The position numbers and the translations under genes are program-made. A model generated the notes under the pieces. The model saw nothing but the letters and a program-made list of their open reading frames with translations. It was not told the DNA's origin and did no database searches. 64,000 nt of DNA from NCBI GenBank assembly GCA_966252055.1, contig CBINNO010000003.1:396-64395 (forward strand), given 5' to 3'. Positions 36,117 to 45,861 of this stretch are shown here, one piece after another (within the stretch, counting starts at the first letter, position 1; each line of letters starts with the position of its first letter). Source of the stretch: an uncultured Rheinheimera sp. (GTDB lineage Bacteria > Pseudomonadota > Gammaproteobacteria > Enterobacterales > Alteromonadaceae).

Positions 36117-37469
36117 ATGTTACAGCGGCAAACCGACAAGGTGGCCGGGATCAAAAGGTGGTGTCTGGATTTTCCGGCGCAGGAAGAACAGCGCAGCCCT
36201 GCAGAGCTGACCGAACAGGGGCTGTGGTTTCAGGGCTGGATCCTGCGCGACCAGCTTGAGGATATCGAAGTTGAGCTGCAGCATGGCGGTCACACGGATC
36301 GTTTCGCACTCAATGTTGCCCGGCCGGATGTGATCCGTATCATCCTGAAAACGGACGCCAGCGCTCACCCGCAGCTGCATTGTGGCTTCGCATTTAAAAT
36401 CAGCCCAAGGTCGCGCGATTTTGTGCTGGGGATCCGTTGGCGTGGGCAGTTCGTGCCTTGGTTTCGTGGCGAACTGAATGGCGAATTTAAAGTTTTAAAA
36501 GGATTTGAGAACTGGTTGTTTCTGGACAATGACACCAATCAGAGTGTCGAGCAACATCTGGGGAAGTTATTGCTCAGTCCTGATTGTCAGGTGCAGTGGC
36601 AGCAGTATTTCGCCAGCAGCCAGCACTATCATCAGCAGTGGCATAAACCTTTTGCTATGTTGCTCGCCCCATCGAAAGAAGCAATTTACCCGCAATATCA
36701 TCCATATCCGAGAGCGGTACAGACCGCGATTGAACAGCTATTATCGTTGAGCCCGGCCGGGTATCCGCTGATTTATCCGCAAGCCGAGCTGCGTGCAGCG
36801 ACACAGCCGACTTTTCCAAAAACGGATACGCACTGGACCACATATGGTGCCGGGCTTGCGACCATTGAGCTGGCCGTGACGCTGGGTTTTGACCGGCAGC
36901 AGGTGACAGCGCTGTTCGCATCAGATCAGTACAAAACGGTGTCGCATTGTGGTGATCTGGGTAATAAATTGTATCCGCAGCAACGCAGCGACGAATTGCT
37001 GCAAGCCAGTTTTAGTTGCCATACCCTGATCCGCTATGACAACAAACTGGCTAATTTTGGCCGGATCATGGTGATTGAGAATCCCAAAGCTTTGCATAGC
37101 GGCCATTGCCTGCAGTTTGGTTCGTCGTCGTCGTATTCGATGCTGAACTTTATCAGTCGCCTGTTTGGGCGCGTGACGTTGATCCACACGGCCGGTAACA
37201 TTGATCCGACGATGGTAGACCTGTTCGCGCCGGATTTTGTCGTGGCACAAAGCAATGCCCGTTTTGTGGTGCGTGCGCCGGTTACTAACTATGTATTACC
37301 GGATGTGATGCGGCAAAAGCTGGCAGTGCTGAGCAGCGGGGAACGCGCTGCGTTGCTGCAAAAAGCGCAGCAGATGGCAGAAAACAGCACCTCGCCTGCG
37401 GTCTTGCAGGCGCATCAGTTGTTGCTCGATGCTATTGCTGCCGCAGGGGAGCCGGATACAGGACTCTGA
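36117..37469 (+). CDS. AlgX/AlgJ-like SGNH-fold protein (possible polysaccharide O-acyl transfer)
   Basis: GFENWLFLDND, LLAPSKEAIYP, KTDTHWTTYGA resemble AlgX-like motifs. Start uncertain (36069 or 36117). Confidence 0.7.
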   Translation: MLQRQTDKVAGIKRWCLDFPAQEEQRSPAELTEQGLWFQGWILRDQLEDIEVELQHGGHTDRFALNVARPDVIRIILKTDASAHPQLHCGFAFKISPRSRDFVLGIRWRGQFVPWFRGELNGEFKVLKGFENWLFLDNDTNQSVEQHLGKLLLSPDCQVQWQQYFASSQHYHQQWHKPFAMLLAPSKEAIYPQYHPYPRAVQTAIEQLLSLSPAGYPLIYPQAELRAATQPTFPKTDTHWTTYGAGLATIELAVTLGFDRQQVTALFASDQYKTVSHCGDLGNKLYPQQRSDELLQASFSCHTLIRYDNKLANFGRIMVIENPKALHSGHCLQFGSSSSYSMLNFISRLFGRVTLIHTAGNIDPTMVDLFAPDFVVAQSNARFVVRAPVTNYVLPDVMRQKLAVLSSGERAALLQKAQQMAENSTSPAVLQAHQLLLDAIAAAGEPDTGL

Positions 37470-37516
37470 GCCGTCTGCTGACGGCTGTGTTGCGCCAATT
37501 GTTGCTGTCTGAGGCT

Positions 37517-39625
37517 TCAGCGTAACAGCGGGCAGACGACTGCTTTTTCGTCCAGCGCAATGGAGTGATCCTCACGCTGGCGGGTCAGGTGTGGGCTGTA
37601 GCAAGGGTCGTCGCTGATAAGCGCGGACCATTGTTGCTGCATGTAGAGCACTTCGGCGCGTTCGCGGGCTTTTTTCTCTGGTGTGTCTTCGCGGCCGCGG
37701 CTTTTGGATTCATGGTGGTACAGCTCGGCATAAGGCGTCCACAGGTTCCGATAGCCGGCGGCTTGCACTTTCAGACATAAATCAACGTCATTAAAGGCCA
37801 CTGTCAGTTCGGTTTCGTTCAGTCCGCCGACACTGAGATAAAGCTCGCGCCTGAGCAGCAGGCAGGCGGCAGTCACGGCACTGTAGTTTTGCACGCTTTG
37901 TAGCCGGTGCTGGTAGCCGTCAGCCGCTGCCGGAAAATGCTTATGACTGTGGCCGGCCAGCCCCCACAAACCCAGTACCACGCCGCCATGTTGCACTGTG
38001 TGATCGGCATAAAGCAGTTTGGCGCCGACACAGCCAATCTGCGGCCGGGCGGCATGCTGCAGCATTTCGGCCAGCCAGTCCGGGCTCAGCACTTCGGTAT
38101 CGTTATTGAGCAGGCAGACAAAAGGCGCCTGGGTATGACGGACCGCAAAGTTGTTGATGGCGGAATAATTAAAAGCGGCGTCGTAACGCAGCACCCGTAC
38201 TTGTGGATGCTGACTGATGGTGGCGAACCAGGCCAAAGTGGCGGGCTCACAGCTTTGGTTGTCGACCAGCAGAATTTCAAACTGGCGATATTGGGTGTGC
38301 TGCAGCACAGATTCGACACAGCTTTGGGTCAGCTGCAGCCGGTCGCGCGTCGGCACTATGATGGTCACCAGCGCTGACTCCTGGGGCGGCACCGCCTGCG
38401 CTGTGGTCAGTGTGTCACCCCCCGGTGCGATATCCGGCACCAGTGCGCTGTCTGGCGGCAGCGGATAACGGACGCGGAATAAGTCGCCGTCTTCAGGCTG
38501 TACTTCGACCTGCAGCCCCTCTTGCTGGCGCACCAGCTGTTGGCGCAAATTGGCCAGTTCTGCCGCGAGCTTTACCGCGAGTGCTGGCGACGACGGCCTG
38601 ATGTGATGATGCAGCAAGAGCCGGGGCAGATGCCTGATCTGCGCAGCCAGCGGCCCTTCGAGACAAAGCAAAGCGTGCGCCAGCCGACTGGCGGCGTGCA
38701 GTTGCCAGCAGTCGTCGCCAAGTTGCTGCACCAGCGCACCGCGATACAACAGGGCCGGGCTCAGATAGTCTTGGCTCAGATAACTGTCATAACAAAACGC
38801 CGCTTTGAAATGCGCCAGGCGCGGGCTGTCCGGCACCTGCTCGTCATGGTCGCTGAACAGCAACTGGCAATCGGGCTCGCTGGCCAGAGCCTGCTGCAGC
38901 CAGCCGACCGCATCGGGATGGAGCCTGTCGCCAGCCTGCAGGGGCCAGTACCAGGCGTCTGGTTGTAGTTGGTGCGCTGTAACAATCCTCGGATCGGACG
39001 GCGGCGTGCTGCTGTGCTGCAACCATAATTGCCAGTCGGCCCGGCGTTGGCGGCGCAGCGACTGAACGCTTTGTTGCCACAGGCCTTGCTCGTCGGCGCT
39101 GAGCACAAAAATCAGTGGCTTTGCCGGGCCGCTGTGGTCCGGCGCGGCTTGCTGTCGTTTTTGCCATTGCTGATACGGGTTGGCGTACCGTTGCAGTTGC
39201 AACAGCAGCGGCTGATAGGCTTCCAGCAGCTTGCGCCGCACCTGCACCATGCCGGCGCGGCGATAACGGGCGACACAGAGGTCGAACAGGCGGCGCCAGC
39301 CGGTCTGCCGGCTGACCGTGGCAAACAGCAGGCTGTAGGCGTGCCAGGCCGGGATGCGGCGGATGCTGAATGCTGCGGGTATCGCGCCCTGCAGGCTCAG
39401 CCGCTGTAATTGGACGGCCGGCAGAACCAAAGATTGGCGGCCGTTGTGCTGACAGAGGGCGATTTCGGTGTGCAAGCCGTCGAGCTGTAACCGCAGTGCC
39501 TGAGCTGCACTGGCTTGCAGCAAAAACCAGCCGCTTTGTGGCTCTTGTCGTTGCAACATGATGCCATTGGGCTGCGGGCTGACTTGCCAGCCTTGTCGCT
39601 GCGCCTGGCGATAGCCGCCGCTCAT
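37517..39625 (-). CDS. GT2-family glycosyltransferase (about 702 aa)
   Basis: VTIIVPTRD, LVDNQS, FNYSAINN, LLNNDTEV, VTAACLL, AFNDVDLCL, HHESKSRG. ATGA overlap with the upstream gene supports start 39625. Confidence 0.9.
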   Translation of the reverse strand: MSGGYRQAQRQGWQVSPQPNGIMLQRQEPQSGWFLLQASAAQALRLQLDGLHTEIALCQHNGRQSLVLPAVQLQRLSLQGAIPAAFSIRRIPAWHAYSLLFATVSRQTGWRRLFDLCVARYRRAGMVQVRRKLLEAYQPLLLQLQRYANPYQQWQKRQQAAPDHSGPAKPLIFVLSADEQGLWQQSVQSLRRQRRADWQLWLQHSSTPPSDPRIVTAHQLQPDAWYWPLQAGDRLHPDAVGWLQQALASEPDCQLLFSDHDEQVPDSPRLAHFKAAFCYDSYLSQDYLSPALLYRGALVQQLGDDCWQLHAASRLAHALLCLEGPLAAQIRHLPRLLLHHHIRPSSPALAVKLAAELANLRQQLVRQQEGLQVEVQPEDGDLFRVRYPLPPDSALVPDIAPGGDTLTTAQAVPPQESALVTIIVPTRDRLQLTQSCVESVLQHTQYRQFEILLVDNQSCEPATLAWFATISQHPQVRVLRYDAAFNYSAINNFAVRHTQAPFVCLLNNDTEVLSPDWLAEMLQHAARPQIGCVGAKLLYADHTVQHGGVVLGLWGLAGHSHKHFPAAADGYQHRLQSVQNYSAVTAACLLLRRELYLSVGGLNETELTVAFNDVDLCLKVQAAGYRNLWTPYAELYHHESKSRGREDTPEKKARERAEVLYMQQQWSALISDDPCYSPHLTRQREDHSIALDEKAVVCPLLR

Positions 39626-40572
39626 CGCCATGCTCCGGCGGCGATCAATTGCTGCCACCAGTGTTGTTCGGCCTGCCAATGATGGCGCAGGCTGGCCTGA
39701 TGGTTGGGCAGCGCCTGATGATAAGGGCCTTCATGCGGTTCGCCGATGCCAAACAGCTGTAATTGGGCAGGGCTGATGCCTTCGCTGAGCAGCCACTGCG
39801 CGACCAGCGTGGCGGCACTCGGTGGTGCGGCAAACCGGCGCACCTGGGTTTGCCAGCAAGACAGTGGCAGTTGCAGGATTGGCGCCGCCAGATGTTGTAA
39901 ATACCTGAGCTTTTTCAGCTGCCACAACATCGCCGGGCCTGACAGGATCACCAGAGATGCGGGGACGACCGGACCGCGAAAGCCGGGAGCGACCACCCAG
40001 ATATCAGTACGGCTGCCAAGATCTGCCTGTGCGCATGGTTCGCCAAAACAATGGTTAAAGCGGATCACCAAATCTGCCGCGTCTATCGCTGCACCGGCGG
40101 CACGGCCCAGCAGTTGTGCGCCATTGCCCACGATAGCAATGCGGCTGGCCTGTCGGCAGCGCTGCAGCCATTGCGCCTGCAGCTGCGGTTGCTGGTTCAG
40201 TTGCCGCTTCAGCCAGTCCGGCTGGCGGCCCGGCCAATGCCCGCCTTCCTGCAGCAGACGACGCAGATCCGCGGCAACGCCGGGTGTGATACCCAGCTGC
40301 CAGCGACGCAGCAGATTGCTTGCCAACAACTGGCGCAATTGGCTGGCGCGGCGACTGCAAAGCGGATATCCCAGCGCACGGCGAAACTTCAGGTAGGCCA
40401 GTAAATCGGCTGCCCGCCGGCTTTGACGCCAAATCCGCCGAAACAGCCACAGGGTGGCCGGGTTATAGTGACCGGCCTGTTGCCGTTGTTTGGCCTGCTG
40501 GCGCTGATGTCTGAGCGAAACTTCAGAAGAACCCGGCAGTTGCCGGCTCCAGTGCTGACTGGCTGACTTCAT
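39622..40572 (-). CDS. GT29 (sialyltransferase-like) family protein
   Basis: Sialylmotif-L-like IAIVGNG...IDAADLVIRFN...GSRTD; sialylmotif-S-like PPSAATLV; HHWQAE. Confidence 0.65.
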   Translation of the reverse strand: MKSASQHWSRQLPGSSEVSLRHQRQQAKQRQQAGHYNPATLWLFRRIWRQSRRAADLLAYLKFRRALGYPLCSRRASQLRQLLASNLLRRWQLGITPGVAADLRRLLQEGGHWPGRQPDWLKRQLNQQPQLQAQWLQRCRQASRIAIVGNGAQLLGRAAGAAIDAADLVIRFNHCFGEPCAQADLGSRTDIWVVAPGFRGPVVPASLVILSGPAMLWQLKKLRYLQHLAAPILQLPLSCWQTQVRRFAAPPSAATLVAQWLLSEGISPAQLQLFGIGEPHEGPYHQALPNHQASLRHHWQAEQHWWQQLIAAGAWR

Positions 40573-41612
40573 CGGAGCTGCGCTATCTCAATCAGCTGGG
40601 TGGCAAACTGTTCAACACTGGACTGACGCAGCAGCCGGTCCCGCAGCCCCTGAGTCTGCTCGCAGTAGTACTCTGGGTCGGCTAAAGCCGTGAGCTGCTG
40701 ATACCATTGATCCAGATCTGTCGCCAGGACAGCCCCGCAATGCTGCATTCTTTGCATGTCGGGGATGGGGCTTGCCAGTGTTGGCGCATGCCAGTATGCC
40801 GCTTCAATCGCTTTGATGGCAGATTTATGCTGGTTAAACAGCGTGTTCTCCAGCGGCGCCAGATTGACCCAACTCTGGGCAACAAAGCGGTGGTACTTGC
40901 TGAATTTTTGTTTGTCGTGCTGGACGAGCTGCGCAGGCCGGCAGCGCAGCTCGTAGTCCAGCACGCCGGTGATATGTAACTGAATGCCCGGATGTTCATC
41001 GAGGAATTGTTCGAGTGGCGCCCGGATCATGGCGAAATCACGGTCATGGCTGCGGGTGCCAGGAAAGTAAGTCAGATTCCAGTGCGCCGGATGTTGCCGC
41101 TTTGGCGTAGCCTGATACCAGCTGTAATGGACGGTATTTGGGATCACCAGCACCTGACTGCTGTACAGCTGTTGCACAGACTGGCGCAAAGGTTCGGTGG
41201 AGACGGACACCCGCTGGAATTTTTTCAGCGCTGTGGCATGTGAGCGGTATTGTTGCTCAATTTTTCGCTGGGTGGACAAACCATTCAGCACCGCCGGACT
41301 CAGGTGTGCGGCGGTGGGGTCAAACACCAAATCATCAAAATCAGCGATGGTGATCACGCCTTGTTTATGCAAACGACGCAGCAGGAAACTCAGGCCAATC
41401 CGGCGTTTTGGCCGGTGGAACATCACCAGGTCATAGTCGCCACCTGCAGAAAAATCGTTGTAGTGCACCAGGTCTGCATCATGGCCTGCTGCGCGCAGGG
41501 CCAGCGCCAGATTCTCGCATCGATAGATATAAGAGGGATCAGCAAGAAATTTATCCTTGTTTTTGCTGAACGCGACAAAGGCAAATCGGAGTTTTTTCAA
41601 AACGCATTCCAT
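40569..41612 (-). CDS. Putative GT-B glycosyltransferase
   Basis: SYIYRCENL, ADFDDLVF, VNLAPLENTLFNQHKSAIKAIEA resemble GT4-like capsule transferases. Confidence 0.7.
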   Translation of the reverse strand: MECVLKKLRFAFVAFSKNKDKFLADPSYIYRCENLALALRAAGHDADLVHYNDFSAGGDYDLVMFHRPKRRIGLSFLLRRLHKQGVITIADFDDLVFDPTAAHLSPAVLNGLSTQRKIEQQYRSHATALKKFQRVSVSTEPLRQSVQQLYSSQVLVIPNTVHYSWYQATPKRQHPAHWNLTYFPGTRSHDRDFAMIRAPLEQFLDEHPGIQLHITGVLDYELRCRPAQLVQHDKQKFSKYHRFVAQSWVNLAPLENTLFNQHKSAIKAIEAAYWHAPTLASPIPDMQRMQHCGAVLATDLDQWYQQLTALADPEYYCEQTQGLRDRLLRQSSVEQFATQLIEIAQLR

Positions 41613-41630
41613 TTCACTCGAAAACGCTTT

Positions 41631-41659
41631 ATTGTAAACAATATTGACACAGTTGACTA
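41631..41659 (-). promoter_or_regulatory. Possible sigma70 promoter for the leftward GT operon
   Basis: Minus strand TAGTCA-N17-TACAAT ending 18 nt before ATG 41612, in an AT-rich divergent gap. Confidence 0.4.
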
Positions 41660-41680
41660 TGCAAGCAGCCGGTTTCCCCG

Positions 41681-43711
41681 GTGAATATGGAGTTTGCTGC
41701 AGGACATTGGATGCTTTGTACTCAAATTACCCGGATGTTGTCTACATCTGAGTTGTTACTAACTCCCTCAAAAGGCATCGCAGCGACCGTTTCTGTCCCA
41801 TTGTTGCTGCAAAAGCAATTACAAGTCGTGCCCCTTCATCGTCGTTGGCTGAGACCGGCGCCGGCCGGTCTGGTGTTGGCCTGGGGCCGCAAACCGTCTG
41901 CGCTGGCCGCTGAGGCTTTTGCCCGGCGCCATCAGCTGCCATTACTGCGGCTTGAGGATGGTTTTTTGCGCTCAGTGGGGCTCGGCAGTGCTGAACCGCC
42001 TTTGTCGTTGGTGGTTGACGATTTGGGCATCTACTATGATGCCGGTCAGCCGTCGCGACTGGAAGCATTGATCAGACAACCGCTGGATAGCGTCCAACAG
42101 GCGCGTGCCGCAGCACTGCAGGTGCAGTGGCAGCAGGCGGCGGTGTCGAAATATAACCACAGCCGCGATTTAGCCGTGCCCTTGCCACAGCCTTTTGTGC
42201 TGATCGCCGACCAGACGCGGGGTGATGCGTCCATTGGCTTTGGCCAGGCCGATGGCAACAGCTTTCAGCAGATGCTCGACAGCGCACGGCAGTTGTACCC
42301 TCATCATACGCTGGTAGTGAAAACACACCCGGATGTGATGGCCGGCAAAAAGCAGGGGCATTTCGATTTAGCTGAGCTTCGGCAGCAAGGTGTGCTGGTG
42401 CTGGCTGAGGATATTCATCCGGCCAGTTTGTTACCGCTGGCCAGCGCCGTGTTTTGTGTCACGTCGCAGCTGGGTTTTGAAGCATTGTTGTGGCAAAAAC
42501 CTGTGCACACCTTTGGCATGCCATTCTACGCCGGCTGGGGGCTGACGACGGACGCTTTACCAGCGCCGGCGCGGCGGCAGCCGGTCAGTCTGTGGCAATT
42601 GTTGCATGCGGCGCTGATTGATTATCCGGTGTATCTGGACCCTGAAACACGCCAGCCCTGCGAGGTGGAACGCCTGATTAACTGGCTGGCGCTGCAACGC
42701 CGCGAACAACAACGGTTGCCTGCCCGGTTGTATGCGGTCGGATTTTCCTGGTGGAAACGCCACTTATTGCGCCAGTTTGTGCGTGGCAGCCGGCTCAGCT
42801 TTGTGCGCTCACCTGACAAAGTGCCGCCCGGTGCCGACTGGTTGTGCTGGGGTAGCCGCTATCCGAAAAGTGCCGGTCAGATCCGCATCGAAGATGGCTT
42901 TGTGCGCTCGGTCGGCCTGGGGGTTGCCTTGCAAAAGCCGCTGTCCTGGGTGTTTGACCCGGTGGGTATTTATTACGACAGCACTGCGCCATCACAGCTG
43001 GAGCAAATCCTCAGTACCACAGTGTTCAGCGAATCCTTGCTTGAGCAAGCGGCGCAACTTCAGCAGCAATTGCTTGGGTTTGGCATCACCAAATACAACC
43101 TCGGCCAGCGCGACTGGCAGCGGCCGCCAGGCCGGCGGGTGGTGTTAGTTCCCGGCCAGGTGGAAACCGATGCATCAATACGGTTGGGCTCGCCTGTGCT
43201 GAAAAGCAATCTTGAGTTACTCAGACAGGTGCGGCAACAAAGACCGGATGCCTACCTGGTCTATAAACCTCATCCGGATGTGCAGGCGGGTTTGCGTAAA
43301 GCCGGCAGCGACGAGCAGCAGGCGCTGCAGTACTGTGATGAACTGGTGTTAACGCAGGATATGGCGCATCTGCTGACCCAGGTCGATGAAGTGCACACTT
43401 TGACGTCACTGAGTGGTTTTGAAGCGCTGTTGCGTGGCATCCCGGTTTGTTGTTATGGCCAACCGTTTTACGCGGGCTGGGGGCTGACGGAAGACTGGCA
43501 GCCGTTGGCGCGGCGTCAGCGCCGGCTGACTTTGCCTGAGCTGATTGCCGGTGCGTTGTTGCTGTACCCAAGCTATTTTCATCCGGTTTCCGGCGGCGCC
43601 TGCGGCGCCGCTGAAATCGTGACACAGCTGGCGGCAGGCCGCCATCAGCCATCAGTCCGGCCCTGGTGGCGGCCTGTGCTGGAATTTTATCTGCGACTTT
43701 GTCGGTTTTAA
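41681..43711 (+). CDS. kpsC: Capsule biosynthesis beta-Kdo transferase, KpsC/WcbA/LipA family
   Basis: Internal duplication LEDGFLRSVGLG / IEDGFVRSVGLG, KTHPD / KPHPD, GMPFYAGWGLT / GQPFYAGWGLT. True start may be ATG 41735. Confidence 0.92.
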   Translation: MNMEFAAGHWMLCTQITRMLSTSELLLTPSKGIAATVSVPLLLQKQLQVVPLHRRWLRPAPAGLVLAWGRKPSALAAEAFARRHQLPLLRLEDGFLRSVGLGSAEPPLSLVVDDLGIYYDAGQPSRLEALIRQPLDSVQQARAAALQVQWQQAAVSKYNHSRDLAVPLPQPFVLIADQTRGDASIGFGQADGNSFQQMLDSARQLYPHHTLVVKTHPDVMAGKKQGHFDLAELRQQGVLVLAEDIHPASLLPLASAVFCVTSQLGFEALLWQKPVHTFGMPFYAGWGLTTDALPAPARRQPVSLWQLLHAALIDYPVYLDPETRQPCEVERLINWLALQRREQQRLPARLYAVGFSWWKRHLLRQFVRGSRLSFVRSPDKVPPGADWLCWGSRYPKSAGQIRIEDGFVRSVGLGVALQKPLSWVFDPVGIYYDSTAPSQLEQILSTTVFSESLLEQAAQLQQQLLGFGITKYNLGQRDWQRPPGRRVVLVPGQVETDASIRLGSPVLKSNLELLRQVRQQRPDAYLVYKPHPDVQAGLRKAGSDEQQALQYCDELVLTQDMAHLLTQVDEVHTLTSLSGFEALLRGIPVCCYGQPFYAGWGLTEDWQPLARRQRRLTLPELIAGALLLYPSYFHPVSGGACGAAEIVTQLAAGRHQPSVRPWWRPVLEFYLRLCRF

Positions 43712-43789
43712 CAAAAACTGCCGACAGTTGGGGAATGCCGGGGTCTTGTGATAAATTACCGCGATTTATTGCTAATAAGGATATGCAGT

Positions 43790-44131
43790 ATGCTCAGTCG
43801 AATTTGGATTGCCGGAGCAATGCTGGTCTGTAGTTCCTGCAGTCAGTTGCTCCCTCAGTCGTCCAATGCGATGCCGGACCAAGCGCCGGACAATCTGCAG
43901 TACATCAGTCCCGTTTCCGCAACAGAGCTGGCTGTCGCCACTGACGGCCAACAGTTGTTGCTGGCTGATTCTCCTTGGGGAACTGATGTCAGATTGCTGG
44001 TACGCAAACGTTATTTTGCTGCCACAGGCCGCATTTGCCTCGACGCCCTGGCGAACGAAGAGCCGGTGCTGATTTGCGATTTTAACGAGGCAGGCTGGGC
44101 AGCGCAGCGTGTACTCAGTGAACAGGAGTAA
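43790..44131 (+). CDS. Small lipoprotein preceding the export gene (DVU3141-like)
   Basis: Lipobox-like LVCSSC; RYFAATGRIC motif; located immediately before the export protein. Confidence 0.6.
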   Translation: MLSRIWIAGAMLVCSSCSQLLPQSSNAMPDQAPDNLQYISPVSATELAVATDGQQLLLADSPWGTDVRLLVRKRYFAATGRICLDALANEEPVLICDFNEAGWAAQRVLSEQE

Positions 44132-44168
44132 TTGCGTGCAGTCCTGGATTTCAATCAATTTCTGTCAG

Positions 44169-45860
44169 ATGTGGCGCGTGCTTGGTGTCGGTCTGTTATG
44201 GAGTCTGTTGCCATTGCAGACAGCCACGGCGCAAAGTTTTGGCGATGTGCCGTCCGATCAAAGAGCGAATGTACTGCGGGCGGTTTCAAATCTGCAACAA
44301 CCCGTCAGCGCAACGAACTGGAAGGCCGGCACCATTGGCAAAGGGGCGGCAGACAAGCCGGCGGCCTCATCAGCGGCCATTAAACCTTTTGGCTCTGAGC
44401 TGTTCAGTGGCGGTTTTCGGGGCACCAGAGCGGACGGCCTGAATCCTGATTATAAAATTCTGCCGGGCGATCAGATCACGTTGAGGGTCTGGGGCGCGGT
44501 TGAAATCGACCGGGTGTTGCCGGTTGATGCGCAAGGCAACATTTTTATCCCAACCATCGGGCCTGTGGCCGTGATGGGGGTCAGCCATCAGCAACTGGAA
44601 CAACTGGTGCGCACTGCGGTGACCAAAGTGTATCCGGGCAGTGTCCAGGTCTACACCAATCTGCAGGGCGTGCAGCCAGTGGCGGTTTATGTCGCTGGTT
44701 TTGTGGCCAAACCAGGCCGTTATGCCGGCATTCCATCGGATTCCATTCTGTATTTCCTCGATCAGGCCGGTGGGGTTGACGAGCAATTGGGCAGTTATCG
44801 CCAGGTTCGGTTGTTGCGCCGCCAGCAGCAGATTGCGGTGATGGACCTGTACGATTTTATTTTGAGTGGCCGGCTGGCGCATGGTCAGTTGCAGGATGGC
44901 GATACCATAGTGGTAGAAAAACGCGGGCCTGTGGTCACGGTCAGCGGCAATGTCGGACGTTCTTATCAATATGAGCTGACGCCTCAGGCGTTGTATGGGC
45001 AGACCCTGATAGAGCTGGCACAGCTCAACGCCAGTGTGTCGCATGTGTTGTTGCGTGGCAGCCGGCAAGCGAAGCCGGTCGCCGAATATTTGTCGCTGGC
45101 AGCTTTTGCTACCACGCAGGTGGGCAATGGCGACGATGTGCAGTTTATGGCCGATCAGCGTTCCAATCAGCTGGTGATCCAGCTCGAAGGCAGCTATCAG
45201 GGCCGTTCCCACTTTGTGGTGCCGAAAAATACTACGCTGCGGGAGTTGCTGAATAACGTCCCGGTCGACCCGCAAGCCAGCGACTATCGTAATGTGTCGC
45301 TGCGGCGGGTCAGTGTGGCTGAACAGCAGCGCAAATCGCTGGAAGACAGCCTGCGCCGGCTGGAAACGACCTACCTCGGCGCGCCGTCTTCCACGGCCGA
45401 AGAGTCGGCGATCCGGGTACGTGAAGCCGAATTGATCAGCGCTTTTGTCGCCAGAGTGCGTGAAATCAGGCCCAACGGCCGGATGGTGCTGAGCGAACAG
45501 GGCGTGCTGCAGGACATCCGCCTGCAGGACGGCGATATCATCACGCTGCCGGCCCGCACCGATGCGGTGCTGGTCAGTGGTGAAGTCTATATTCCGCAAT
45601 CCAGCGTCTTTGTCGCCGGTAAATCAGTGTCTGATTATATCGACGCGGCCGGTGGTTTCAGTCAGCACGCTGATGAAGACAATATCCTCGTGGTGCGGCC
45701 CAACGGTGAAGTGCGAAAAGCGTCGGACGTAACGCTGCAGCCGGGTGACGAAATTCTGGTTCTGCCAGCGGTGTCGACCAAAAATCTGCAGCTGGCCAGT
45801 GCTATTACCCAAATTCTTTATCAGGTTGCGGTGGCAACTAAAGTCGCGGTAGACCTGTAA
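44169..45860 (+). CDS. kpsD: Polysaccharide export protein with SLBB repeats (KpsD/Wza family)
   Basis: PFGSELF, YKILPGDQITLRVWG, GNIFIPTIG, V.V.G.V..PG SLBB repeats, LQPGDEILV. Start uncertain (44109-44169). Confidence 0.88.
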   Translation: MWRVLGVGLLWSLLPLQTATAQSFGDVPSDQRANVLRAVSNLQQPVSATNWKAGTIGKGAADKPAASSAAIKPFGSELFSGGFRGTRADGLNPDYKILPGDQITLRVWGAVEIDRVLPVDAQGNIFIPTIGPVAVMGVSHQQLEQLVRTAVTKVYPGSVQVYTNLQGVQPVAVYVAGFVAKPGRYAGIPSDSILYFLDQAGGVDEQLGSYRQVRLLRRQQQIAVMDLYDFILSGRLAHGQLQDGDTIVVEKRGPVVTVSGNVGRSYQYELTPQALYGQTLIELAQLNASVSHVLLRGSRQAKPVAEYLSLAAFATTQVGNGDDVQFMADQRSNQLVIQLEGSYQGRSHFVVPKNTTLRELLNNVPVDPQASDYRNVSLRRVSVAEQQRKSLEDSLRRLETTYLGAPSSTAEESAIRVREAELISAFVARVREIRPNGRMVLSEQGVLQDIRLQDGDIITLPARTDAVLVSGEVYIPQSSVFVAGKSVSDYIDAAGGFSQHADEDNILVVRPNGEVRKASDVTLQPGDEILVLPAVSTKNLQLASAITQILYQVAVATKVAVDL

Positions 45861-45861
45861 G

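Noticed and set aside
37469-37486. AGCCGTC-TGCT-GACGGCT hairpin between convergent genes
   Set aside because: Only a 7-bp stem with poor U-tracts; too weak to call as a terminator.
44370-45599. 409-aa antisense ORF
   Set aside because: Shadow of the kpsD-like gene, with no recognisable motifs.
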